From Octopus bimaculoides (taxonomy: Eukaryota), in the NCBI RefSeq assembly GCF_001194135.2, contig NC_068984.1, positions 10,785,720 to 10,849,719 on the forward strand: 64,000 bases of DNA, given 5' to 3'. The notes beneath the pieces were generated by a model, which saw only the letters and a program-made list of their open reading frames with translations, searched no databases and was not told the DNA's origin. The translations under genes were made by a program, and so were the position numbers. This document shows positions 1 to 11,915 of the stretch, one piece after another; positions within the stretch are counted from its first letter, which is position 1; each line of letters opens with the position of its first letter.

Positions 1-7
1 ATATATG

Positions 8-49
<42 letters not shown>

Positions 50-51
50 TA

Positions 52-215
52 TACACACGAAGGGCTTCTTTCAGTTTCTGTCTACCAAATCCACTCACAA
101 GGCTTTGGTCAACCCGAGGGTAAAGTAGAAGACACTTGCCCAAGGTGCCACGCAGTGGGACTGAACCCAGAACCATGTGGGTAGTAAACAAGCTACTTAC
201 CACACAGCCACTCCT
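52..215 (-). mobile_element. tRNA-derived SINE family A, head and central domain
   Basis: Reverse complement of the head seen at 2810-2970 (A-box tggctgtgtggtaag, B-box ggttcagtccc, then gcaccttgggcaagtgtcttctac). Confidence 0.85.
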
Positions 216-1515
216 ATTGTAATAAACACAATGAGCTGTTATAATATCCCCAGTCAATGATATTGCGTTCACAAAAGCCTGGGTTCACTTCCAACTGGAA
301 ATAACATATTTGCTTGTACACTGCCAGATCAGACTGGAGCCTGGTGCAGCCTCCTGGCTTCCCAGACCCCAGTCGAACTGTCCAACCCATGCTAGCATGG
401 AAAATGGACATTAAATGATGATAATGATGACGACTTACTTGCTAACACTATTCAGAAAGATATAAATACTTGCCCTTCGTAATCTTTCATAATAAGGAAG
501 GACATAATCTTGTTCTTTCGTCCTGCACAAAACAAATTATTTGTAGTGGGCACCATTGGAGTGGCGGTTTGTGAACAACATCTTATGATTCAGTTCTAAT
601 TCCTGGCTGGAACTGCCCTATTTCACTTAAACTCAGATAACTATGTACCTTGTCTACAGCAAGATTCTATGATCTCTCATCACCTGGTACAGGGCCATTT
701 CCCTCAATTATACACCCCCACCTCAGGTTGTTGGTGGGGGGGGGTCATGTCTTGCAGGTGACTTCACAGGTGCCATTGCTGTGTAAAAGTTCCCTACACA
801 CTCTGTGAAGTGGTTGGATTAAGAAGGGCGTCAGGCTATAGAAACCATACCGAAGCAAACATTGAATCATGCAACCCATGCCAGCACGGAAAACAGACAT
901 TAAATGATGATCATCATGATCATCATCATCATGACGGCAATGATGATGATGAGGAGGAGGAGGAGGAGCAAAACACCATAACATTTCTTGTGGAAAACAT
1001 CAATAATACTTCACTCCAATTCCTCCTCCCCCCCNNNNNNNNNNNNNNNNNNNNNNNNNNNNNNNNNNNNNNNNNNNNNNNNNNNNNNNNNNNNNNNNNN
1101 NNNNNNNNNNNNNNNNNNNNNNNNNNNNNNNNNNNNNNNNNNNNNNNNNNNNNNNNNNNNNNNNNNNNNNNNNNNNNNNNNNNNNNNNNNNNNNNNNNNN
1201 NNNNNNNNNNNNNNNNNNNNNNNNNNNNNNNNNNNNNNNNNNNNNNNNNNNNNNNNNNNNNNNNNNNNNNNNNNNNNNNNNNNNNNNNNNNNNNNNNNNN
1301 NNNNNNNNNNNNNNNNNNNNNNNNNNNNNNNNNNNNNNNNNNNNNNNNNNNNNNNNNNNNNNNNNNNNNNNNNNNNNNNNNNNNNNNNNNNNNNNNNNNN
1401 NNNNNNNNNNNNNNNNNNNNNNNNNNNNNNNNNNNNNNNNNNNNNNNNNNNNNNNNNNNNNNNNNNNNNNNNNNNNNNNNNNNNNNNNNNNNNNNNNNNN
1501 NNNNNNNNNNNNNNN

Positions 1516-1559
<44 letters not shown>

Positions 1560-2809
1560 CACACACACACATGTATATGTGCATGCATGTATGTATGTGT
1601 ATATATATGTAGATATGTGTGTATGTGTACATATATATATGTGTATACGTATATGCATACATACATTTATATATATATATACATATATATACATATACAT
1701 TTGTGTATATATATATACATATATATACATATATATATACATATATATTTGTATATTTCCTTTGTATTTACTTATCCCTTCTCTATAATTAATCCTTTAA
1801 ATCTTGTCTGGCTGGAAGATAAAGTCTGTCCTTTGAGACGAAGACAGTATCACATTGCATTTTTCTCTCATTGTGATGTTAAATTATCACAAACAAACAG
1901 GACTGCATTTCTGATGGCAAATACCAGCCGAAAAGTGTAATGGCTGGCTGTGTTAGCAATGAGGAAACAACCTTATCACAATAACAGAGACACCGAGGTG
2001 TGTGTGGGAACGGAGACAGAGAGAGACAAATCATGTTGAAAAACAATTAAATACTTGTAACTAAACTTGTTCTTCTGGAGGAAAAATATCGTGTGCCCTC
2101 TGGGTAGGTGGTCCCTTAAACATTCTGAAGAACTCCTGTTGTTCATTAAATGTAATCTGCAATGTGTTTATATAATCTGTATTGCTCTTTAATATAGTTA
2201 TGTTAGAATAATGGTGAATGCGATTAAAAAAATCTTGGAGCCTTCCATGTGAGCAGTCATTCTTTCATTCCTTTTATATATCGCTGTCTGGAAACAGCTG
2301 TGCCATTGGTTAGCAGTGTCTTTGGTTACAGGTTTCAAATGGACCAGTCGTTGGTATACATTTCTGATGATGAGTGACAAGGGAACGTGTATAACTTGGT
2401 GGACTTAGTTCAAAGAAGGCTGCTGTTTTGGCAATGTTTACATGCTTCTCATACATGCAGTCATGTTCCTGGCAGACACAGGTATAGCTGTGTAGTTAAG
2501 AAATTCACTTCCCAGTTAATTCACTTGGTTACAGGTTCAATCCCTTTGCATGGCACCTTGGGCAAGTGTATTCATGTGCGGCCCTGGACCAGCCGAACCT
2601 TGTGAGTACACTAGAATGACAGAAACTAAAATTATGTCCGCGTGTGTGTGTGTGTGTGTCAATGTTTTGACATTGTATGATAATTGTAAAAAAGCATCAC
2701 TGTCAGAAAAGCTGTTTCGTTCATTTCCAACCTATCACAAAAATGTGTCCAGCATTGAGAAAATGTTATCTTGTTTGGAAACAAGTGGGGAATGTCAACA
2801 ACAAGGCAT

Positions 2810-2969
2810 AGGAGTGGCTGTGTGGTAAGTAGCTTGCTTACGAACCACATGGTTCCGGGTTCAGTCCCACTGCGTGGCAACTTGGGCAAGTGTCTTCTAC
2901 TATAGCCTCAGGCCGACCAAAGCTTTGTGAGTGGATTTGGTAGACGGAAACTGAGAGAAGCCCGTCGTA

Positions 2970-3030
<61 letters not shown>

Positions 3031-3225
3031 CTGTGTTTGTCCCCCCAACATCGCTTGACAACCGATGCTGGTGTGTTTATGTCCCCGTAACTTAGTGGTT
3101 TGGCAAAAGAGACCGATAGAATAAGTACTAGGCTTACAAAGAATAAGCTCTGGGGTTGACTTGCTCAACTAAAGGCGGTGCTCCAGCATGGCCGCAGTCA
3201 AATGACTGAAACAAGTAAAAGAGTA
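2810..3225 (+). mobile_element. Full-length tRNA-derived SINE family A with internal (TA)n/(TG)n
   Basis: Pol III A-box at about 2815-2828 and B-box at about 2858-2868; CORE-like ccttgggcaagtgtcttc; internal microsatellite; 3' module ending cagcatggccgcagtcaaatgactgaaacaagtaaaaga. About 20 related copies or fragments in the window. Confidence 0.9.
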
Positions 3226-3685
3226 AGTAACAAGGGAATCAAGCCATAGAAAATCTGCTTCAGTAGATCAGTTAAGAAGCATTTTTTACATTTAGTGAAA
3301 AAGTTAGGAAGAGTTTTGGCCTTTAGTAAATTTGCATAATTTAAAAAGTGACAGAATGAGTAAAGGGAAACTCAGGTGGGCCAGTATGTTATACCATGAT
3401 GTCATGGTTGATATACTAAAATGACATATGCAAAATTCGTCAATTAATTGAACTTTGACATCATGGAAACTTCTGCCCTAAGAAATTGTGTCATCTGAGC
3501 CTAAAAAATTCCACGTTCGCTCCAGCATGACCGCAGCCACTTGGTTGAAATGCATAGATAAATAAATAAATAATTGACAGACTCCAAAATAAATTACCAC
3601 TCTACCAAAAGAGGTCACCTACAAATAAACACTGACCTACCATGGGGAATTTATAAAATTAGCCACAATATATTATCATTATTTT

Positions 3686-3999
3686 TATTATTATTGTTCA
3701 GTAGTTTTATTTTTATAACGTGCTTTCACTTCACTACCGAGCGCAACTCTGTGTGTCTTGGGTATGTGCTGTGGTTTACTGTGATGCTCTTATTGTTTCT
3801 GTATTGAAAGTGTTTTGCGTAGGTTGTGTGCAGTGCCCAGTAGTGCAATTTTCTGTATGTTATATATATCTGTAAGTCCTGGTGTTTTGGTTATGTATTT
3901 GTCTGAATATTTTTTTATTATACTTAAAGCACGTACTATGATAGGAATTGTTTCTGTTTTTAGATTCCACATTCAAGTTACCTCTATTTCCTGGTCTTT

Positions 4000-4002
<3 letters not shown>
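3686..4002 (-). mobile_element. Dong/R4-like (RLE) non-LTR retrotransposon 3' end in (TAA)n
   Basis: Minus-strand translation MWNLKTETIPIIVRALSIIKKYSDKYITKTPGLTDIYNIQKIALLGTAHNLRKTLSIQ resembles the RLE C-terminus (..VPIIVGALG..LQKxALLGTAHILR). Flanked by (TTA)n on both sides. A sister copy lies at 21736. Confidence 0.8.
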
Positions 4003-4063
<61 letters not shown>

Positions 4064-4164
4064 CATTATTATTATTATTATAGAAAAACTCAGTTTATTT
4101 TGCTGGGTATGATGGAAAGTGTCAGCTGTTCACAGCCAGCAGACTAAAATGACACTTATTATTA

Positions 4165-4500
4165 TTGGGTGGGAGAGTAGTGCATGCAATCATAGTGACA
4201 CTGGGTTAAAATATACCCATCATGACTACCCGTCTGATAAGGGTACACCAGGCACATGTATCACAACTACATGTGCATGACATGGTGATCTCATATCAAG
4301 AATAACAGCACATGGCCCTGCAGGTGGGACCCAGTTAGAATTTTCTTCAGGTCGAGTATCCCATGCCGCTCAAAAGGTCCCTGAATAAGGGTTGTTTATG
4401 GATGATGAACAAAACACTTGTGTTTCCAGAGGTGAATTATCCAAACCCCCAAAGAATTCTTCTCAACATGTTGCAGTGGTCAGTAGCTAGAATATTGAAA
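4165..4500 (-). mobile_element. Interspersed repeat with (AAT)n tail, class uncertain
   Basis: 4165-4240 is the reverse complement of 21587-21670 (gacgggtagtcatgatgggtat...ccccagtgtcactttgatggcatgc), which ends in (AAT)n. Confidence 0.55.
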
Positions 4501-5261
4501 GAACCTATATGCACATCCATCTTTAGCAGCTGCCCAACAAAAAAATGGAGAGGACCTTCAAATTGCTCACATTATCGTGACACCTCTTCCATTTCTCTTA
4601 TCTCTTTCGGTGCATCACCCATCCACCTCCCCATTCACTTCTGGCGCTTCACCCACTCTGCCACAGTGTCAAATGGTTAACAATGAATTTACTTACAAAT
4701 GTCCAAATCTGTTAAAAAAAAAAAAACAGAAATGCATCACATTCATTTGTGCATGGAAAAATCTATGCCAAGCATTGGCGTATTTTTTGTTAGTATTTTT
4801 TCTTTTATTTTTTTTGCCTTTTAATATATTGGTTTTGTGGTTTGATAGTATTGATTTTTCTAAAGTGAATACAAAGAATAAGTGATTTTTTTTTTTTTTC
4901 AATTTCTAAAGATTTTTTCTTTTAATATCNNNNNNNNNNNNNNNNNNNNNNNNNNNNNNNNNNNNNNNNNNNNNNNNNNNNNNNNNNNNNNNNNNNNNNN
5001 NNNNNNNNNNNNNNNNNNNNNNNNNNNNNNNNNNNNNNNNNNNNNNNNNNNNNNNNNNNNNNNNNNNNNNNNNNNNNNNNNNNNNNNNNNNNNNNNNNNN
5101 NNNNNNNNNNNNNNNNNNNNNNNNNNNNNNNNNNNNNNNNNNNNNNNNNNNNNNNNNNNNNNNNNNNNNNNNNNNNNNNNNNNNNNNNNNNNNNNNNNNN
5201 NNNNNNNNNNNNNNNNNNNNNNNNNNNNNNNNNNNNNNNNNNNNNNNNNNNNNNNNNNNNN

Positions 5262-5330
<69 letters not shown>

Positions 5331-5684
5331 ATTTTCTTTCAATTCAACTTTTGAAGTGTCGTAACTGCTAAAAATTCAGTCTCAAAAAGTTTTATATTAA
5401 GATACAGCATTTCTATTTGCATACAAATAAAAAAAAAAGCAATTTATTGAATAGTGTTTTAATTGTATTTTCAGAAAAGTGTATAATATTTGTTTGATCT
5501 CAGTGCAAAACTAATAATTTCATCACCACCACCACCACATCGTCATCATCATCCACTCTATTTCACATCTGTTATCCATGGTGTGAGCCAAATATTCTAA
5601 CCACCAAGCCACATGCTCTCGCTACATGTGTATACACAGAGGCAAAAGTACACATGACTCTATTCGTTTTTGCTATCAAATTAT

Positions 5685-5930
5685 GTAGTGTCCTTGAGCA
5701 AGACACTTTATTTCACGTTGCTCCAATCCACTCAGCTGGCAAAAACGAGTGGTACCTGTATTTCGAAGGGCCGGCCTTGTCACACACTGTGTCATGCTGA
5801 ATCTCCCTGAGAACTACATTAAGTGCATGCATATCTGTGGAGTACTCGGCCTCATGTTAATTTCACAAGCAGGATGTTCCATTGATCCAATCAACTGGAA
5901 CACTTGTCATCATCATTGATGGAGAGCCTG
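5685..5930 (+). mobile_element. SINE family E (tgtccttgagcaagacactttat domain), 5'-truncated
   Basis: Central domain shared with 25725-26037 and 15660-15875; 3' module shared with 49520-49595. Confidence 0.65.
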
Positions 5931-6720
5931 GCCATTATATATCCATGGTGTGAGATGGACAGATCCTCACAGCATCTTACAACTTATTTGTTGTACTCCT
6001 TTGCCATACTCTGGTAGAGAGAACTGCTGGTTTTTGTAACTTGCAAAGTCTAAGTCCCCTCCATTGAATTTAGGGTGTTAAGTTTTTCAGTGGGATGAGC
6101 AATCCTTTTACCACATGGACTGTGTGAAAATATGAGATGTCTTTCTTTTACTTGTTTCAGTCATAGGACTGCTGCCAGAGCTTCCTTAGCAGTATTATAG
6201 GCCCCCTAGACTCTATATATTTATTAACTGCAAACCACAATATAAATAGATTTAGGGGATAAATTCTGGAGTATCTGATGCATCTATCAAATCAATGCTT
6301 TGTTAAAACAGATTTTAGGAATACACTTTGTACTTCTAAGTACAAAGTGTACTTCAAATAACTGATGCATTTATCAAACCCAGCCTGTGTTAAAATAATG
6401 GTTAAGAGTACAAGGTGTACTTAATGATCCCACATTAAAGTAATTGTCTATTTTTATAAATCTCCAATTAAAACACTATTCAATATCATTTTTTTTTTTC
6501 TTGTTAATATTTCTGTTGAAATAAAATAACCGTGTCTTAATATAAACCTTTTTGAAACTGAACTTTTATCAGTTACAACACGTGAAAAGTCAATTTGAAA
6601 AACTGCTGGAATATAATAAAGATGACTATGTTTAGAATTTAAACAAATCACTTATTGTATTCAGTTTACAAAAATCGATATGAAGGACAAAGAAAATATT
6701 TAACTAGAAACAACAAGACA

Positions 6721-6756
<36 letters not shown>

Positions 6757-6974
6757 AAAAGATCCTGCAACTGAGCAGAATATTTATTTTCAAACCCCTT
6801 TTACTTCTGTTCTATTTTTTCATCTTCTTTCCATTCTTTTGCTTTGCCTGAAACTTGTTGTCTCAGTTTTTAGACATTAAATTAAGAAATATTTTTCTCC
6901 TTGGTTAAGACACTATTTCATCGTCTCTCATAACTTGTTCATGGGTGGATTTCAGTTCGGCATTCTAAGAACAA

Positions 6975-7640
6975 AATATTTTTTTGTTATATCTTGTGAG
7001 CGTCATTATATTATGCCTGTTGTGAACACACTCATTGGCTCTATTTCACCTCTTTATTCATCAATTAGTTAGCTATTTTACTAATTAAATCATTGGTTGT
7101 TTCTTTAATCATTTGCTCAATCAGTCAATCTGACAAGTTTGCCAAATTGCTTTTGTTACCAGTTAAAACCTTATCGATAATGCCTTCTCAACACTAGGTC
7201 TGTTTCAAGCACACTTAGAGCAGGCCATGTCATTGATGAGGCCATGAATGGCACCAGAATGACATTGACAAACCAAGCTGATTAATTTGATTAACCTTTC
7301 AGCATTTAAGCTGGTCATAAATCGGCCCAAATATTCTGTGTGTTTATGCTAAAGCTGACCAGATCCAAACTCTCACACCTACCCTACAATGCCTTTCTAA
7401 AAATATACAATTGCATCATTGAAATCTTGAAACTACAAGACAATGCATGATTAATTCAAAACAATGTAAATGAATAGACAATACGTTTGACAAAGAAATC
7501 TGAATGTTGCAAACAATTGATCAGTTAATTTATGAAATAGTTAACCGATTGATAAATGAAAATAAAGAAGTGAAGTAGAACCAGTGCATGTGTTTATTAT
7601 TGGCTTTATGATCCTCCTGAGATACAATAAAATCTGTTTC
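6975..7640. mobile_element. Foldback/MITE-like element with long degenerate TIRs and a nested piggyBac-like MITE fragment at about 7290-7510
   Basis: Left arm aacacactcattggctctatttcacctctttattcatcaattagtt is inverted relative to right arm aaccgattgataaatgaaaataaagaagtgaagtagaaccagtgcatgtgtttatt. The same arms recur at 22470-23035 and 38995-39250. Confidence 0.5.
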
Positions 7641-7819
7641 AACGCAGAGGTTCACATTAAGAATTTTGCAAACCAAATACAAAAGCAAAATAAAACAGAA
7701 GTTGTGTCAATGTGAAGGCTATTATGGTGTTGTTCAACTTGCTAGAAACAGCAGCCAGATTCCCCACAAAACACACCTTGCCATCATAAAGGAAGAGTAT
7801 AAATTAGTTTATAGTCCTG

Positions 7820-8225
7820 CTACATCATCCTTTCGCTTGTTTCAGATTTAAGGCTGTGGCCATGCTGGAGCATCACCTTGAAGAGTTTAGTCAATCAAAT
7901 TGACCAAAGTACTTCCTGCCTTCTTATTTTAAGACTGGTACTTATTTTATCATTCTTTTTTGCTGAACTGCTAAGTTGCCAGGTTGTAAACAAATCGACA
8001 CTGATTGTCAAGTGGTATGAAGACAAGCACACACACACGCATACACATGCATGCCTGCACACACAATGGACTTGCATGCAATTTCCATGTCCAAGTTCAA
8101 TCACAACACATTGATTAACTTGGAGCTATAGTAGAAAACATTTGCCCCTGGTGCCATGCAGTGGAACTGAACCTGAAACCACATGGTTGTTAAAACAAAC
8201 TTCTTAACCTCACAGCCATGCCTGT
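7820..8225 (-). mobile_element. SINE family A, diverged copy
   Basis: Reverse complement of the family A tail (ggccatgctggagca) through the head (gcagtggaactgaacc). Confidence 0.75.
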
Positions 8226-8587
8226 TACTTGTGCCATTCTTTGATCATAGTTGTAATCAATCAATGGCTGACCTAAGGGTACAGAACTACAATATTATCA
8301 ACTTGCAGGGCAGCAAGATGGCAGATGCATTAGCATGTCAGGCAAGATTCTTTGCAGCATGTTCTCCATCTTTATGTTCTGAGTTCAAATCCACCCAAGA
8401 TCAACTTTGCCTTTCATCCTCTCAGGGTCAACAAAATAAGTTGAAATTTGTAGAAAAGCAAAAGACGAAGACAGGTGTATGGATAACTTGCAGGTGTATT
8501 AGTTTGATGCTCGGGGAAAATGAAGAAGCTTTTATGTTCCGATTCTATGATCTTCGACAGAAAGGAATAAGAGAAAATAAACAGGTG

Positions 8588-8960
8588 CAGGAGTGGCTGT
8601 ATGGTAAGTAGTTTGCTTATCAACCGCATGGTTCCAGGTTCAGTCCCACTGTGTGGCACTTTGGGCAAGTGTTTTCTACTATAGCCCCAGGCTGACCAAA
8701 GCCTTGTGAGTGGATTTGGTAGACAGAAACTAAGAGAAGCTCATAATGTGTGTGTGTGTGCCTGTGTATGTTCCCCCAGCATCGTTTGACAACCAATGTT
8801 GGTGTGTTTACGTCCCTGTAACTTAGCGGTTCGACAAAACAGACTGATAGAATAAGTACTAGGCTTACAAAGAATAAGTCCTAGGGTTGATTTGCTCAAT
8901 TTCAGGCGATGTTCCAGCATGGCCACAGTCAAATGACTGAAACAAGTAAAAAAATAAAAG
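8588..8960 (+). mobile_element. SINE family A, full length
   Basis: Colinear with 2810-3225. Confidence 0.88.
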
Positions 8961-9693
8961 AAAAGAGAGAGAATAAAAAAAAAACTTGTAGATTTAGCGG
9001 TCAAGCATGCCAATAAAATACGCACCAGTTGAGCACTGGGGTCATTCTAATTTACTTACTCGCCCCTTCCCTTTCCCAAAATTGTTGGCCTTGTTCCAAA
9101 GTTTGAAACCAGTATTTAACAACTTATCGATTTCATAGTACTCTTGCTACCAATAAACTATATACCTCTTAGCTGTTCATTGTTAAGTGGACAAAGTTAT
9201 TGAGAGTTAAGTGTACTTGTCTGAAAGCACAATGCACAACCAGCGACAGACTATAAAACGTCAAGTCTCTTTTTGATAGTTGATAGACATTTTAAGGACT
9301 TGCTCACCTGCAATTTTTCATTTTTATCATTTTTATCTTTTGCAGCACAAATCAAGTTTATTTGGAATGTATTTGATTACAATAGATCCATCTACTTAGT
9401 CAGGGACTATGAGACTCTATTCAATGTCTTCCATTATATTTATGCCAAAGCTGGCTCACACTTACCATTACACAGAACTGAAAATAATTGTAGATCTGAT
9501 TGACTATATATTTTCTTATATTGTACAAGATGCAAATATATAAAGTAGATGGTGACTAACATTATGTGATGTTGATAACCATTCTTTACAATATTCTTTA
9601 CATTGGCTAAGTCTAATGGTTACAACTGTGAATTGAAACCCCATTGTACAGCTGCCTTACAAACAGTTTGTTTTTATTATATTTTTATTTTAA

Positions 9694-9905
9694 GGTGTCG
9701 AGCTGACAGAAACGTTAGTACACCGGGTAAAATGCTTAGTGGTATTTTGTCTGTCTCTATGTTCTGAGTTCAAATTCTGCCAAGGTCGACTTTGCCTTTC
9801 GTCCTTTCAGGGTTGATAAATTAAGTAGCAGTTACATACTGGGGTCGATCTAATTGACTGGCTCCACCTCCCCAAAAATTTCAGGCTTTATGCCTAGAGT
9901 ATAAA
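9694..9905 (+). mobile_element. tRNA-derived SINE family B
   Basis: Head gagctgacagaaacgttag...gagttcaaattctgcc, then aggtcgactttgcctttcgtcctttcagggttgataaattaag. Many copies in the window (15988, 32745, 39725, 39945, 41625, 47870, 50690-51580). Confidence 0.85.
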
Positions 9906-9944
9906 AGATTATATTTTTGTTTTGTTATATGTATTCAAAATAGC

Positions 9945-10280
9945 TAGTTATTCTGGTAGACATTAGAAGTTTGCTTCCCAACCACATGGTTCCAGGTTCA
10001 TGCTACATGGCACCTTGTGACAAGTGTTGTCTTTTATAGCCTCAGGCTGGCCAAACCCTTGTGAGTGGTTTGGTAGACAGAAACTGAAAGAAGCCTGTTT
10101 GTATTTGTGCTCCACCATCACTTGACAACTGATGTTGGTGTGTTTACTTCCCCATAACTTAGTGGTTCAGCAAAAGAGACTGATAGAATAAATACCAGGT
10201 TTTACACAAAAAAAAAAAACGGGGTTGATTTATTTCTTTAAGGTGGTGCGCCAGCATGGCTTCAATCTAATGATAAAAGA
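9945..10280 (+). mobile_element. SINE family A, diverged copy
   Basis: Colinear with 2810-3225, with internal deletions. Confidence 0.75.
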
Positions 10281-10695
10281 TGAATACCTTAAGACATAAT
10301 AGTATGATAGTACACATACATACATGCTCCAAGATATGTTACTAAATAGGATATGCACCTCAAGGTACATACGGTACCTAAATTCTCCATCGACCAATGA
10401 AAGGTTGTCTCCTGGGAAGTGTTTCCAACCTTAACTTCAGATTGACTGATAGTTTGTGGGTGAAATTTAATAAGACTGAAAGTTTTCAGTCATGTCACCT
10501 GTCATGCATACAAATCAATTTATATGTTTGTGCATAGGTGTGTCATTTGGCCATATAGCTTGACATGAAACTAAAAATAGAAATAGTGACACTCCCTAGT
10601 CTCTTGCAATCAGAAATGCCATGAACAAGTGATGCATGGGCTATTGGAAACTTGTAGTTAATGACACTATCAGTCACTAATTGCAATGCAAAATA

Positions 10696-11063
10696 AACGA
10701 GGAGTCAGAGAGTGCAAACCTCTGCCAAAGCAATACCAACGTCCTTTCAATGGTTAGCCAGAGATGATTTTTAAAATGAGAATATCTGAAATAAACTTGA
10801 CTGCTCTCACAAACGAGAATACTAAAAATGAACCTGACCGCGCTCAAAAATCAAGTTAAAAAACAGGAAAAATAATCCAGAATCTTTGTCTGGTACCGGA
10901 TTGATCCCAAAATCTAATCAGTTTCTGTTAGTCACGAGGCCAAATATCCCTGAAGGTTTCATCCAAATTCATCCAGCGGTTCTTGAGATATCTTGTCCAT
11001 GGACAGACAAACAAACAAACACAACTGAAAACAATACCGTCACCTTTGCTAAGGCAGAGGTAA
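10696..11063 (+). mobile_element. Non-autonomous Helentron-type element (HINE/DINE-like)
   Basis: 5' sub-terminal acctctgcc (10718-26) is inverted relative to 3' ggcagaggt (11053-61). 3' hairpin acctttgc-taag-gcagaggt; (ACAA)n near the 3' end; A/T-rich insertion site. Confidence 0.65.
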
Positions 11064-11499
11064 TAAATAAATAAATAAATAAATAAATAAAGAGATGAAA
11101 GACAAGGTTGGTTGCAGGATTTGAACTCATAGCACAGGAGCCAGTCAGGCAGACCTGGCATCAACCTCTTTCGGATGGTACTTTTTACATTCCACCAGCA
11201 CGGGAGCCAGTCAGGGGGCACTGGCCTTTGTAGATTTTTTTTTCCCTCTAGATGTAATATATCTTATTACATAATCCAAAGCAATACTCATCATATTGCT
11301 ATGACTTGTTTCCAAGTTGTTTACTGAAATAGTAACAAATTAATTAGGTTTAAAGTGGAATACTTCAGAATCACTTCACTTGTATTCACTAACATAAACT
11401 ACCTTGTGGTCTGCTCAATCAGGGGTTGATTTGGGGATAAACAACAACTAATCTGTTGTCTATGGTATCTGCTTCAGACTTAGATGGACTTAACTGATA

Positions 11500-11915
11500 T
11501 TGAATAAATATGCCAGTGCTTCCTGGCTGCCCCCACCCCCATGCTGGTGGCACATAAAAAGCACTATCCGAATGTGATTGATGCCAGGCCTGTCTGGCTG
11601 GCTCCTGTGCTGGTGGCACGTAAAAAAGCACCATCTGAATTTGGCCAATGCCAGTGCCCCCTGGCTTGCCTCCATGCCGGTGGCACATAAAAAGCACTAT
11701 CTGAATGCGATCAATGCCAGGCTGGCTCCTGTGCGAGCGGAACATAAAAAGCACCCACTACATTCTCAGAGTGGTTGGCGTTAGGAAGGACATCCAGCTG
11801 TAGAAACCTAGCCAGATCAGATTGGAGCCTGGTGCAGCTGCTGGCTCTCCAGAACTCAGTCAAACTGTCCAACCTATGCCAGCATGGAAAACGGACGTTA
11901 CACAATGATGATGAT
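11500..11915 (+). mobile_element. RTE LINE 3'UTR fragment (family D): hairpin-unit array, terminal module and (GAT)n
   Basis: Repeated gtgccggtggcacataaaaagcac units, then ggttggcgttaggaagg...ccaacctatgccagcatggaaaacggacgtt and (gat)n. Colinear with the 3'UTR of 27889-29225. Confidence 0.85.

Noticed and set aside
745-984. His/Asp/Glu-rich ORFs
   Set aside because: They come from the (GAT)n/(CAT)n tail of an RTE 3' end.
810-1940. Long ORFs of 200-376 aa here and at 20157-21146 and 59379-60410
   Set aside because: They are artefacts of N runs and (TA)n/(CA)n repeats that lack stops; translations are YIYI/HTHT/X runs.
2810-2885. tRNA-like A/B boxes here and in other SINE heads
   Set aside because: They are SINE heads continuous with SINE bodies, and no complete cloverleaf is evident; not called as tRNA genes.
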